A stretch of 64,000 bases of DNA from Bacteroidales bacterium. Its GTDB lineage: Bacteria; Bacteroidota; Bacteroidia; Bacteroidales; Bacteroidaceae. The stretch is taken from contig JAUMYJ010000004.1 in assembly GCA_030528715.1 (NCBI GenBank), positions 3,095 through 67,094 of the forward strand, read 5' to 3'. Position numbers and translations under genes: made by a program. Shown piece by piece: positions 20,289 through 29,179 of this stretch (positions are counted from its first letter, which is position 1; every line of letters starts with the position of its first letter). The notes under the pieces are model-generated. The model ran no database searches. It worked only from the letters and a program-made list of their open reading frames with translations, and was not told where the DNA came from.

Positions 20289-22286
20289 ATGTTTCTCTCT
20301 CGATTGTTGATGCTGGCAATACTATGTGTATTGCTAGCACCCCCTCCTGCTCAAGCTGCTATTAAAGCATCGCCTACTACACAGCTTGCTACGCATAAGT
20401 TTTTTAGCCGTTATTATGGTGAGACTTGGGTGCGCTTAAATTTTGGGCGTATGCCATATCATGGTTGGCGTCTTGATGCTGGTACTACTATCCAAGGGCT
20501 AGGTGTGAGCAATGCACCTATTGACTTGGCCAGCGATGCTTTCTTGTGGTGTCTAGTGGGAGATGCCTCTGGCTTTAAGTTGTATAATAAAGTTGCTGGT
20601 GCAGCTTATGCTGTTACTTCTCCAGAGGTAAAAGAGGCAGCCGCACTTACATTTACGACTGTTGATAATGCTACTCTGTGGCAACTTGATAAAGTGCCTA
20701 ATAGTACTACACCGCGGTACACACTTCACCCCGTAGGAGCTACTAAAACATTTAGCCCAAACTCCTATGGTGGAGACAGTGGCCCTATAAAATATTATGC
20801 CACAGCCGATAATGGCAGTCATTGGTACCTTAGTCAGGCTACTCAGCGCGTTCGTGTCAATGTGCGGGTAGAGGGTAATACGCAAGTGCTGCACCCACAA
20901 ACACAAAGCCGAATAGCAGAGTTCTTCCTCCACGCAGGCGATGGTATACGCTATCGCTTCTATCCTAGCTTAGGCCAAACACACTATGATATTGTCGTGG
21001 GCGATGAACCACTTACTTTACCTACTCCTCGCGTTTATCGCAATTTTGTATTTAAGGGCTTTGAAGGTTTAGGCACACCCAATATTACAGCATATTTTGC
21101 TGTAGGAGATACTACTGCACACTACCTCTTTTACAATCCCGATACAGCAGGTATTCCTCCTCGTATCCCTGCCATCGCAACGGCCAAGAATGGTGACTTG
21201 ATAGCTGTGAGTGATTACCGATATTGCTTTGCCGATATTGGTATGGGCGATGGGCGTATTGACTTGATACAGCGTGTTAGTCGCACTAATGGTACGGATT
21301 GGAGTGATATACAAACCATCATCGCTCATGACCCCATTGACCCACATCGCCGAGGTTATGGCGATGCAGCTATCGTGGCCGATCGTGAACGCAATGAAGT
21401 ACTCCTCATGGCCGTTACTGGTAATGTGTCATTTTGGGCATCTAAACGACAAAAACCTATCCGCCTAGCACGCCTCAAAGGAGTATATAATCCTGCAACA
21501 CATCGCTGGACTTACGAAGCTCCAATAGATCTGACAGAGCATGTCTATCATGAAACTTTTGGTGATTCGTTACGCGCCCTCTTCCTTACCTCTGGTAAAC
21601 TTTTTCAGAGCCGTGTGACAAAGGTAGGCAAGTACTATCGTATTTATGGTGCTTTTTGTGTATTTGAAGTTAATACGGGTAAGAAAGGTACCTATGTGGC
21701 TTATACCGATGACTTCGGCCTTACGTGGCATCAGTTGGGCAATGGTGGCATGGCAGCCTTACGTGGCGATGAGGCCAAGTGTGAGGAGTTTCCCGATGGT
21801 ACTGTTATTTTGAGTAGTCGCAGTGCACATCGTCGAATCTTTAATATCTTTGTATATGATAAGGGTAAAAAGAACCTGCGCGAAGGGCGTGGTCGATGGC
21901 TTGGGCAATCCGATGGCATTCATACGGGCGATAGTCCCAATGGCACTAATGGTGAGATAGGTGTGTATAATGCCATTAGAACGACTGATAGCAAGCGTGT
22001 ACAAGTTGTATTGCAGTCTACCCCTACCAATAATCGTAACGATGTGAGCATCTATTATAAAGAGCTTACTGATGCCGATAAAGATGCCTCTGTGCTAGGC
22101 ACCCAAGGTTGGCAACGCTACCAAGTGAGCCATGGACTTTCGGCTTACTCTACGTTTGATGTGATGCCCGATGGTCGCTTGGCCTTCTATGTCGAAGAAA
22201 ATGATTACAATGGTGGCTACGATATGGTATTTTTGCCATTAGACCTTCGTACTATTACTCGTGGTGCTTATCGCTTAGTCAAGTAA
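20289..22286 (+). CDS. GH33 sialidase with N-terminal accessory domains
   Basis: Signal peptide; RIP motif (PPRIPAI); Asp-boxes SRTNGTDW and YTDDFGLTW; C-terminal SAYST...YVEE. Confidence 0.88.
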   Translation: MFLSRLLMLAILCVLLAPPPAQAAIKASPTTQLATHKFFSRYYGETWVRLNFGRMPYHGWRLDAGTTIQGLGVSNAPIDLASDAFLWCLVGDASGFKLYNKVAGAAYAVTSPEVKEAAALTFTTVDNATLWQLDKVPNSTTPRYTLHPVGATKTFSPNSYGGDSGPIKYYATADNGSHWYLSQATQRVRVNVRVEGNTQVLHPQTQSRIAEFFLHAGDGIRYRFYPSLGQTHYDIVVGDEPLTLPTPRVYRNFVFKGFEGLGTPNITAYFAVGDTTAHYLFYNPDTAGIPPRIPAIATAKNGDLIAVSDYRYCFADIGMGDGRIDLIQRVSRTNGTDWSDIQTIIAHDPIDPHRRGYGDAAIVADRERNEVLLMAVTGNVSFWASKRQKPIRLARLKGVYNPATHRWTYEAPIDLTEHVYHETFGDSLRALFLTSGKLFQSRVTKVGKYYRIYGAFCVFEVNTGKKGTYVAYTDDFGLTWHQLGNGGMAALRGDEAKCEEFPDGTVILSSRSAHRRIFNIFVYDKGKKNLREGRGRWLGQSDGIHTGDSPNGTNGEIGVYNAIRTTDSKRVQVVLQSTPTNNRNDVSIYYKELTDADKDASVLGTQGWQRYQVSHGLSAYSTFDVMPDGRLAFYVEENDYNGGYDMVFLPLDLRTITRGAYRLVK

Positions 22287-22305
22287 GCGGTTATATTAGA
22301 TAAAT

Positions 22306-22339
22306 AAATCCCACACAGTGCTGTTGCTGTGTGGGATTT
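22306..22339. terminator. Bidirectional terminator between convergent genes
   Basis: aaatcccacacag...ctgtgtgggattt. Confidence 0.8.
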
Positions 22340-22365
22340 TATGTTATGCTAGTTTTGAGGCGTTG

Positions 22366-23613
22366 CTACACGCTTATAGGTCTTGACTTACGACATTTAT
22401 AACCATAAAACGCATAGTGGGCTATAAAGCCAAAGCACACAAGACAGAGAGCGTAAGCGTATTGCATGCCTAGTGTACTTTTTAACAAACCAAAGAGTAG
22501 GGGGAGCAACGCTCCACCTATATTGGCCATTGTGAGTACCGAAGCACCAGTCTTGGTATAGCTGCCTAGATCAGCCATAGCTAGTGGCCAGATGGCAGGC
22601 CACATCAGTGAGCAGCCTAGGGCTACGATGCCTAGGGCGTAGATGCTAAGCATCGCAGGGAGGGCAAGTGTGAGCAATGTGCCTACTAAGGCCGTTATAG
22701 CACAAAGACGTAAGGCTGTGACTTGTGAGAGGTAGCGCGGTATGAGTATGATGCCTAGAATATAGCCTAGTGTGATACCCACTGGGCCTATCCAATTATA
22801 GAGCGTAGCGTTGGCTAAGCCAAGTGTCGTGGCGTAGTCGGTTAAAGTGGCCAAAGACATCACCTCTGCCCCTACATAAAGAAACAGAGCTATGCAGCCT
22901 AGCCACAGATGAGGAAAGTCAGTCAAGCGTGCATGGCTGTGTGATATTGAGTCAGCTTTCTCAGTCGTTTCACCTGTGGCTGTGACTTCTGGTAATGTGA
23001 CATAGCATGCTAGCAAGCCAATGCTTGCAAAAAGCAAAGCGAGCACGCCAAAGGGGAGCACAAGATCGGCCAATCGTAGCTGTGCAATAGGTAGGTGTAC
23101 ATCATTGAGCCATAAGATAGCCATGATAAAGAGTGCAGGTAGAGGCCATGAGAGTTTATTACAAATGCCCATGATACTGATGCGGCTAGCCGCTTTTTCA
23201 ATTGGACCCAAGATGGTTACATACGGGTTTACGGCTGCTTGTAAAGTGGCGTTGGCAGCACCAGCTACAAAAGTTGCTATAAAGCACAGCGCTAGCCCCC
23301 ATAGCACATTTGTGTTAGCTATACTAGCAGAGAGAGCAAACGTAGCAAAGGCTAGGGTAAAAATACCATTAGCTACGGCCATCGTATATTTATAGCCAAT
23401 GCGTGCGATTAAACGACTAGCAGGGTAGGGAAAGAGCAAAAAAGGTACAAAAGTAGCTGCGTAGAGCAGATACGATAATGCATCGGTCACGCCAAGTGAC
23501 TGCTTGATGACAGGCACTAATAGTCCATTAGTACCAATGCCAAAGCCAATGGCAAAAAACATAAGACCGATAAAGGCAAGCGGACGTGTGTAGTTCGAGA
23601 TAGAAGAAGTCAT
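22366..23613 (-). CDS. MFS sugar permease (FucP/GluP/NagP family)
   Basis: About 12 TM segments; LQAAVNPYVTILG, LFLYVGAEV, SLMWPAIWPLA; start set at MTSSIS. Confidence 0.88.
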   Translation of the reverse strand: MTSSISNYTRPLAFIGLMFFAIGFGIGTNGLLVPVIKQSLGVTDALSYLLYAATFVPFLLFPYPASRLIARIGYKYTMAVANGIFTLAFATFALSASIANTNVLWGLALCFIATFVAGAANATLQAAVNPYVTILGPIEKAASRISIMGICNKLSWPLPALFIMAILWLNDVHLPIAQLRLADLVLPFGVLALLFASIGLLACYVTLPEVTATGETTEKADSISHSHARLTDFPHLWLGCIALFLYVGAEVMSLATLTDYATTLGLANATLYNWIGPVGITLGYILGIILIPRYLSQVTALRLCAITALVGTLLTLALPAMLSIYALGIVALGCSLMWPAIWPLAMADLGSYTKTGASVLTMANIGGALLPLLFGLLKSTLGMQYAYALCLVCFGFIAHYAFYGYKCRKSRPISV

Positions 23614-23662
23614 ACAAAGAAGTAATGGGGTATAAATAGTGCAACTCTTGGGGATAGGCATA

Positions 23663-23742
23663 GTGCCAAATCGTGGTACATGTGTACCAAGTCACGAAAC
23701 GTTCGTATCCTGCCGTGGTACAACTGTATCAAGACACGGCAC
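23663..23742. repeat. Four-unit 21-bp-period palindrome cassette (copy 3)
   Basis: gtgccaaatcgtggtac-atgt-gtaccaagtcacgaaac-gttc-gtatcctgccgtggtac-aact-gtatcaagacacggcac; last unit is the exact reverse complement of 14944-14960. Confidence 0.88.
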
Positions 23743-23820
23743 AATGCTTAGAGTAAGTGACACCATGGCTAATGGTACGTATTATGTACGAGGTTGTAGT
23801 AAATAAAAATTGCTAATACA

Positions 23821-23853
23821 AAGCCCCGAAAACCAGTGGCTGGGTCGGGGCTT
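23821..23853 (-). terminator. Probable serS terminator
   Basis: aagccccga...tcggggctt hairpin just past the serS stop. Confidence 0.65.
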
Positions 23854-23879
23854 AGATTGCTGTTAAAGGTATGTGTGGC

Positions 23880-25154
23880 TTACTTGATGAGGTCAAAGCC
23901 ACAATAAGGCTGCAATACAGTAGGTACGCGAATACCTTCCTCCGTTTGATAGTTTTCGAGTAATGCAGCCATGATGCGTGGCAAGGCAAGTGCCGAGCCA
24001 TTGAGTGTGTGGCATAGCTCAATCTTTTTGTCGGCTGTGCGGTAGCGGCAGTGCAGACGATTGGCTTGATAGCTGTCAAAGTTAGATACAGAGCTCACTT
24101 CGAGCCAACGCTCTTGTGCTTCGCTATATACCTCAAAGTCGTAGCATAAGGCTGCAGTAAAACTCATATCACCACCACAGAGACGCAAAATGCGATAGGG
24201 GAGTTCTAGCTTTTGCAATAGGCTCTCGACATGGGCTAACATCTCATCGTGCGATTGTTGTGAGTGCTCGGGTGTGTCAATACGTACGATTTCAATTTTA
24301 GCAAACTCGTGTAGACGGTTGAGGCCACGTACATCCTTGCCATATGAGCCTGCTTCGCGACGGAAACACTGCGTGTAAGCACAATTCTTGATTGGTAGCT
24401 GCTTCTCGTCAAGTATTACATCGCGATAGATGTTGGTGACGGGTACTTCGGCCGTAGGAATGAGGTAGAGGTTGTCCATACCAACGTGATACATCTGTCC
24501 TTCTTTGTCGGGGAGCTGACCTGTGCCATAGCCAGAGGCCTCATTGACCACTGTGGGGGGAATAATCTCGGTGTAGCCTGCTTTGGCCGCTTCGTCTAAG
24601 AAAAAGTTTATCAGTGCACGCTGTAAACGAGCCCCCGCACCTTTATAAACGGGGAAGCCTGCGCCTGTAATCTTTACGCCGAGGTCAAAGTCAATAAGGT
24701 CATACTTAGCTGCTAAGTCCCAGTGTGCTAAGGCATTCGTAGGCAAAGTGCGTTTAGTGCCACCTTCACGTACGATTTCATTGTCTTCGGCTGTACGCCC
24801 CTCGGGTACAGCTGTGTAGGGGATATTAGGAATGGTATACAGCAACTGTGTGAGGTCTTCGGTGGCTTGCTCCATTTGTGCTTCAAGACTTGCAGCTTCT
24901 TGCTTGATGGTAGCTACACGCGCTTTGGCCACTTCGGCCTCTGCTTTACTACCTGCTTTCATGAGACTACCAATTTGCTTCGATAGTGCATTGACCTCGG
25001 CTTTGAGTGCATCTACTTGGCCTTGTGCTTGCTTGCGTTGGTCGTTAATGGCGAGTACTTGGTCAATGGTCTCGGCAGCATTTGCAAAGTGCTTTTTAGC
25101 TAAGCCTGCTAATACGTTTTCTTTTTGTTCTACTATTTGCTTTATTGTGAGCAT
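23880..25154 (-). CDS. serS: Serine--tRNA ligase
   Basis: YLIPTAEVP, CFRREAGSYGKDVRGLNRLHEF, HTLNGSALA; start MLTIKQ lies downstream of the TACTTTTG promoter (25184-25191, - strand). Confidence 0.97.
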   Translation of the reverse strand: MLTIKQIVEQKENVLAGLAKKHFANAAETIDQVLAINDQRKQAQGQVDALKAEVNALSKQIGSLMKAGSKAEAEVAKARVATIKQEAASLEAQMEQATEDLTQLLYTIPNIPYTAVPEGRTAEDNEIVREGGTKRTLPTNALAHWDLAAKYDLIDFDLGVKITGAGFPVYKGAGARLQRALINFFLDEAAKAGYTEIIPPTVVNEASGYGTGQLPDKEGQMYHVGMDNLYLIPTAEVPVTNIYRDVILDEKQLPIKNCAYTQCFRREAGSYGKDVRGLNRLHEFAKIEIVRIDTPEHSQQSHDEMLAHVESLLQKLELPYRILRLCGGDMSFTAALCYDFEVYSEAQERWLEVSSVSNFDSYQANRLHCRYRTADKKIELCHTLNGSALALPRIMAALLENYQTEEGIRVPTVLQPYCGFDLIK

Positions 25155-25266
25155 ATCCTTGAGTTGTCTTTTAATATTTAGTACAAAAGTAGCAATTTCT
25201 GCGGACAAAGCTCATGTTTTGCATTAAATATAATATCGTGGGCAGGTGGCTTCTCGATTTTTTGCG

Positions 25267-25274
25267 TAAATTTG
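25267..25274 (+). promoter_or_regulatory. -7 promoter element, divergent from the serS promoter
   Basis: TAAATTTG. Confidence 0.55.
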
Positions 25275-25348
25275 CACTAATCCTCTGCATGGCTGTTTGA
25301 AGCGTAGCAGCAAGGACTCCTTAACTCCAAATAACGCTAAATAGAATT

Positions 25349-26440
25349 ATGGAATTGCAAGCTTATCGCGAAATACTTTCGCATTTTGCCATTAAAGGCT
25401 CAGTAGCCGATCTAAAACCCTTGGGTGCAGGCCTAATCAATGATACCTTTAAGGTAGTGACAGCCGAGGCAGACCAGCCCGATTATGTGTTGCAGCGTAT
25501 CAATCACAACATTTTTCAAAATGTAGAGGTGCTAATGCATAACATCGCTTCGGTAACACAGCATATTCGTACGAAACTCGAAGCGCAAGGTTTAGACCAA
25601 ATTGACCGTCGTGTATTGACGTTTATACCACTCATCGAAGGTGGTAAGCACTTCTATTTTGATGGCACGAGCTATTGGCGTGTAATGACTTTTATCCCTA
25701 ATTGCATCACTAAGACTGAGGTTAATGCCGAAACTTCATTTGATGCTGGGGTAGCTTTTGGACAATTCCAAGCCATGCTGGCCGATATCCCCGTAGAGCT
25801 AGGTGACACGATACCAAACTTCCATAACATGGAGTTTCGCCTACAACAGCTGCGTGATGCAGTGAAAGAAGACAAGGTAGGGCGCGTGGCCGAAGTAAAG
25901 GACTTGATAGATGAGCTTGAAGCACGTGCTGAGTTTATGTGCCAAGGCGAACGCTGGCATCGTGAAGGCAAGCTACCCAAGCGTATTTGCCACTGCGATA
26001 CAAAGGTGGACAATATGCTCTTTGACCAAGACGACAAAGTACTTTGTGTCATAGACCTTGATACGGTAATGCCTAACTTTATTTTCTCGGACTTGGGTGA
26101 CTTCCTTCGCTCGGCAGCCAACACAGGTAAGGAAGATGATCAAAACCTTGATAACGTAGGTTTCAATATCGAGATCTTTAAGGCCTTTACAAAAGGGTAT
26201 CTTCAATCGGCGCGTAGCTTTTTGTTACCAATTGAGATAGAGAACTTGCCTTACGCTACGGCACTATTCCCTTATATGCAAACGGTACGTTTTTTGGCAG
26301 ACTACATCAATGGTGATACGTACTACAAAATCCAATATCCAGAGCATAACTTGGTACGCTCACGCGCTCAATTTAAACTCTTGCAAAGTGTTGAGGCGCA
26401 TAATGAAGAGATGAAAGCATTCATACAAACGTGCTTATAA
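25349..26440 (+). CDS. N-acetylhexosamine kinase-like phosphotransferase (APH fold, NahK/MdsC-like)
   Basis: GAGLINDTF, YVLQRIN, HCDTKVDNMLF, CVIDLDTVMP, RFLADYINGDTYY. Confidence 0.8.
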   Translation: MELQAYREILSHFAIKGSVADLKPLGAGLINDTFKVVTAEADQPDYVLQRINHNIFQNVEVLMHNIASVTQHIRTKLEAQGLDQIDRRVLTFIPLIEGGKHFYFDGTSYWRVMTFIPNCITKTEVNAETSFDAGVAFGQFQAMLADIPVELGDTIPNFHNMEFRLQQLRDAVKEDKVGRVAEVKDLIDELEARAEFMCQGERWHREGKLPKRICHCDTKVDNMLFDQDDKVLCVIDLDTVMPNFIFSDLGDFLRSAANTGKEDDQNLDNVGFNIEIFKAFTKGYLQSARSFLLPIEIENLPYATALFPYMQTVRFLADYINGDTYYKIQYPEHNLVRSRAQFKLLQSVEAHNEEMKAFIQTCL

Positions 26441-26489
26441 ATACATCTAAGATACGAGGCTAGCGCATAGGCTAGCTTATATCCAGAGC

Positions 26490-26540
26490 ATAACACTCCT
26501 TCTCTGCATCATAAGATGTGGAGGAGGAGTGTTATATTTA
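26490..26540 (+). terminator. Intrinsic terminator
   Basis: ataacactcct...aggagtgttat long stem followed by attta. Confidence 0.7.
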
Positions 26541-26667
26541 CCAAGAAGACTTCGATGGATAGTATTTATTTATCGTTACAAATGGTCGTTTTGTAGCTAG
26601 AAAGGCATAATTATTAAAAAGTAATTATTATCTTTGCATTTGTCAACGAACATAAACGCAAAAAACT

Positions 26668-29010
26668 ATGTTAACAGCAAACATCAGAAAAGGTGCCCTG
26701 CTCTTTGGGCTCCTAAGTCTGCACGCGATGTGCAGCATGGCTACCGAAACGGTAGCAGCGACACAAGTCGCACTAAAAAGTGAACGCACTATTTATGGTC
26801 ATGTGCTCGATAAGCAAACGGGCGAATACCTCGTTGGAGCTACCATTCGTGTAGGTGACTACATTACTACAACAGACAACACAGGTCACTATCGTCTCGA
26901 AGGTATGGCTCTTGATAACTTTACCGTAGAAGTAAGTTATGTAGGCTACCTTAGTGATAAGCAAAAGGTTACCTCTGCTTCAACTGGTGTGGTAGAAGTC
27001 AACTTTGAGCTGAGCCGTAATGATATGCAGCTTGGCGATGTTGTAGTGTCGGCTAATCGTGGAGAGACCCAACGTCGTAAAGCACCGACACTCGTAGGGG
27101 TAATAAACAATCGTACGCTCGAACAAACGTCAAGTGTAAATCTCGTTCAAGGTCTAAACTATCAGACGGGGGTACGCACCGAGAGCAATTGTCAAAATTG
27201 TGGTTTTAGCCAAGTGCGTATCAATGGTCTTTCGGGAGCCTATTCACAAGTATTGATTAACTCACGCCCTATTTTTAGTTCGCTTACGGGTGTGTATGGT
27301 CTTGAAATGCTACCTACGGCTATGATTGACCGTGTTGAGGTCGTTCGTGGTGGTGGCTCTGCTCTCTTTGGTGGTTCTGCTGTCGCAGGTACAATAAACG
27401 TTATTACGAAAGACCCAGCGTATAACTCAGCTACGCTTAGCCATAGCACAGGCTTTTTCACGGGCAGTTCAGCTTTTCTTAATACGACTTCGCTCAATGC
27501 TGCTGTTGTAAGTAGCAATCGTAAAGCTGGCTTGATTATCTCTGGTCAACACCATGAGCAAAAACCTTACGATCACAATGGTGATGGTTTTAGCGAAAAA
27601 ACGAAGATGACAGATCAAGCCTTTGGGCTGCGTGGTTTTCTTCGTATCTCACCTCAACATCGTATTGGTATAGACTATCATTGTCTCAATGACTTTCGTC
27701 GTGGTGGTGATCAAGTTCATTTACCACCACACTTAGCTGAGATTGCCGAGCAGGTTGATAATAACATCAACACAGCCTCGGCTGATTACAACTTCCGTTC
27801 GCTCAGCGGAGAGCATCTCGTAAATGCTTATGTAGCAGCGGCTAATAATGATCGCACGAGCTTTTACGGAGATCGTAGTATGCCCGATGCCTATGGTCGT
27901 GCGCACAACTTGACGCTTGTTACTGGTGCACAATACACTTGGAATGCACCACGTTTGTGGTTTGCTCCTGCACAGCTTGTGGTGGGTAGTGAATATAAGC
28001 ATGACTATCTCAAAGACGAAGCACTCAACAACAAACGCCCCATTTCTCAGCGTATCAATACGGTAGGCTTATTTGCACAAAACGAATGGCGTACACAGTA
28101 TTTTGATGTATTGATCGGTGCACGTTTGGATAAGCACAACCTTATTAGTGGTCTTATCGCTAACCCTCGTGTGAATATTAAGTACAAGCCTATGGAGGAC
28201 TTATCTATTCGTGCGACTTATGCTTCGGGCTTCCGTGCACCTCAGGCCTTTGACGAAGACCTTCATGTGCAGACAGTGCAGGGCGAAAACAAACTTATCG
28301 TTAACGACCCTAATCTCAAAGAAGAGCGCTCGCATAGCTTCATGCTTTCGGCCGATTGGTACACACGTCTAGGCGATAATTGGCAAGCTAACTTTATCGT
28401 AGAAGGTTTCTATACCCATCTAAAAGGTGCTTTTGGTCTCGAAAGTGACACTGTGCCAAATGCTCAGGGTTTTATCCAAGACACGCGTGTCAATGCTGAT
28501 AATGCTAAGGTCTTTGGTGCAATGGTAGAGGCTAAGCTGGCTTATCGTGATTTGTTTAGTGTTCAAACTGGTTTCACTGTTCAGCAAGCTAAGTATAGTG
28601 AAGCCCTTGAAGTGCTTGATGGTGTCTTCGACCGCCACTATCTTCGTACGCCCGACCAATATGGCTATATCACAGCTAACTATACGCCCTCTAAGGCATG
28701 GGCGGTGAGTGTGAATGGTACGTATACAGGGCCGATGCGCGTACTCTATGAAGGTAGTCAACTCGCTCAAGGTGTGCATCGTACGAAGTCATTCTTAGAT
28801 ATGGGCTTTAAGGTAACGCATAAGTTACGTCTTGTAAATGCGGTTGATACCGAGGTAAGTTTGGCGGTAAAGAATATCTTCCAAGCCTATCAAAAAGACT
28901 TCGATCGTGCTGAGAAAAACTCAGAAGGTATCTATGAGCGTACCTCAACGTGGATTTATGGCCCAGCTGATCCACGCGCTGTACTTTTGAGTGTCAAATT
29001 TTCGCTCTAA
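26668..29010 (+). CDS. TonB-dependent outer-membrane receptor (non-SusC; CxxC in plug)
   Basis: Carboxypeptidase-like N-domain, plug ESNCQNCGFSQVRINGL, IDRVEVVRGGGSALFG, C-terminal beta-strand SVKFSL; promoter TATCTTTG at 26629-36. Confidence 0.92.
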   Translation: MLTANIRKGALLFGLLSLHAMCSMATETVAATQVALKSERTIYGHVLDKQTGEYLVGATIRVGDYITTTDNTGHYRLEGMALDNFTVEVSYVGYLSDKQKVTSASTGVVEVNFELSRNDMQLGDVVVSANRGETQRRKAPTLVGVINNRTLEQTSSVNLVQGLNYQTGVRTESNCQNCGFSQVRINGLSGAYSQVLINSRPIFSSLTGVYGLEMLPTAMIDRVEVVRGGGSALFGGSAVAGTINVITKDPAYNSATLSHSTGFFTGSSAFLNTTSLNAAVVSSNRKAGLIISGQHHEQKPYDHNGDGFSEKTKMTDQAFGLRGFLRISPQHRIGIDYHCLNDFRRGGDQVHLPPHLAEIAEQVDNNINTASADYNFRSLSGEHLVNAYVAAANNDRTSFYGDRSMPDAYGRAHNLTLVTGAQYTWNAPRLWFAPAQLVVGSEYKHDYLKDEALNNKRPISQRINTVGLFAQNEWRTQYFDVLIGARLDKHNLISGLIANPRVNIKYKPMEDLSIRATYASGFRAPQAFDEDLHVQTVQGENKLIVNDPNLKEERSHSFMLSADWYTRLGDNWQANFIVEGFYTHLKGAFGLESDTVPNAQGFIQDTRVNADNAKVFGAMVEAKLAYRDLFSVQTGFTVQQAKYSEALEVLDGVFDRHYLRTPDQYGYITANYTPSKAWAVSVNGTYTGPMRVLYEGSQLAQGVHRTKSFLDMGFKVTHKLRLVNAVDTEVSLAVKNIFQAYQKDFDRAEKNSEGIYERTSTWIYGPADPRAVLLSVKFSL

Positions 29011-29044
29011 TACGTAGTACTGACTAAATTACTATTTGATTAAT

Positions 29045-29088
29045 AGGGCTACACCATAATACAAGTGTTATGGTGTAGCCCTTTCTTT
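29045..29088 (+). terminator. Intrinsic terminator
   Basis: agggctacaccataa...ttatggtgtagccct followed by ttcttt. Confidence 0.85.
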
Positions 29089-29179
29089 GACTTATCGTTT
29101 CTTGGCTTTTTATGTGGCTATTTCATGTACTATGTGCATGAAAAATAGTAACTTTGCAATCAAAGCAACATAACTTACG

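Noticed and set aside
26668-29010. TonB receptor as the SusC of the glycan region
   Set aside because: Only 780 aa, lacks SusC motifs, no susD, and has its own promoter and terminator
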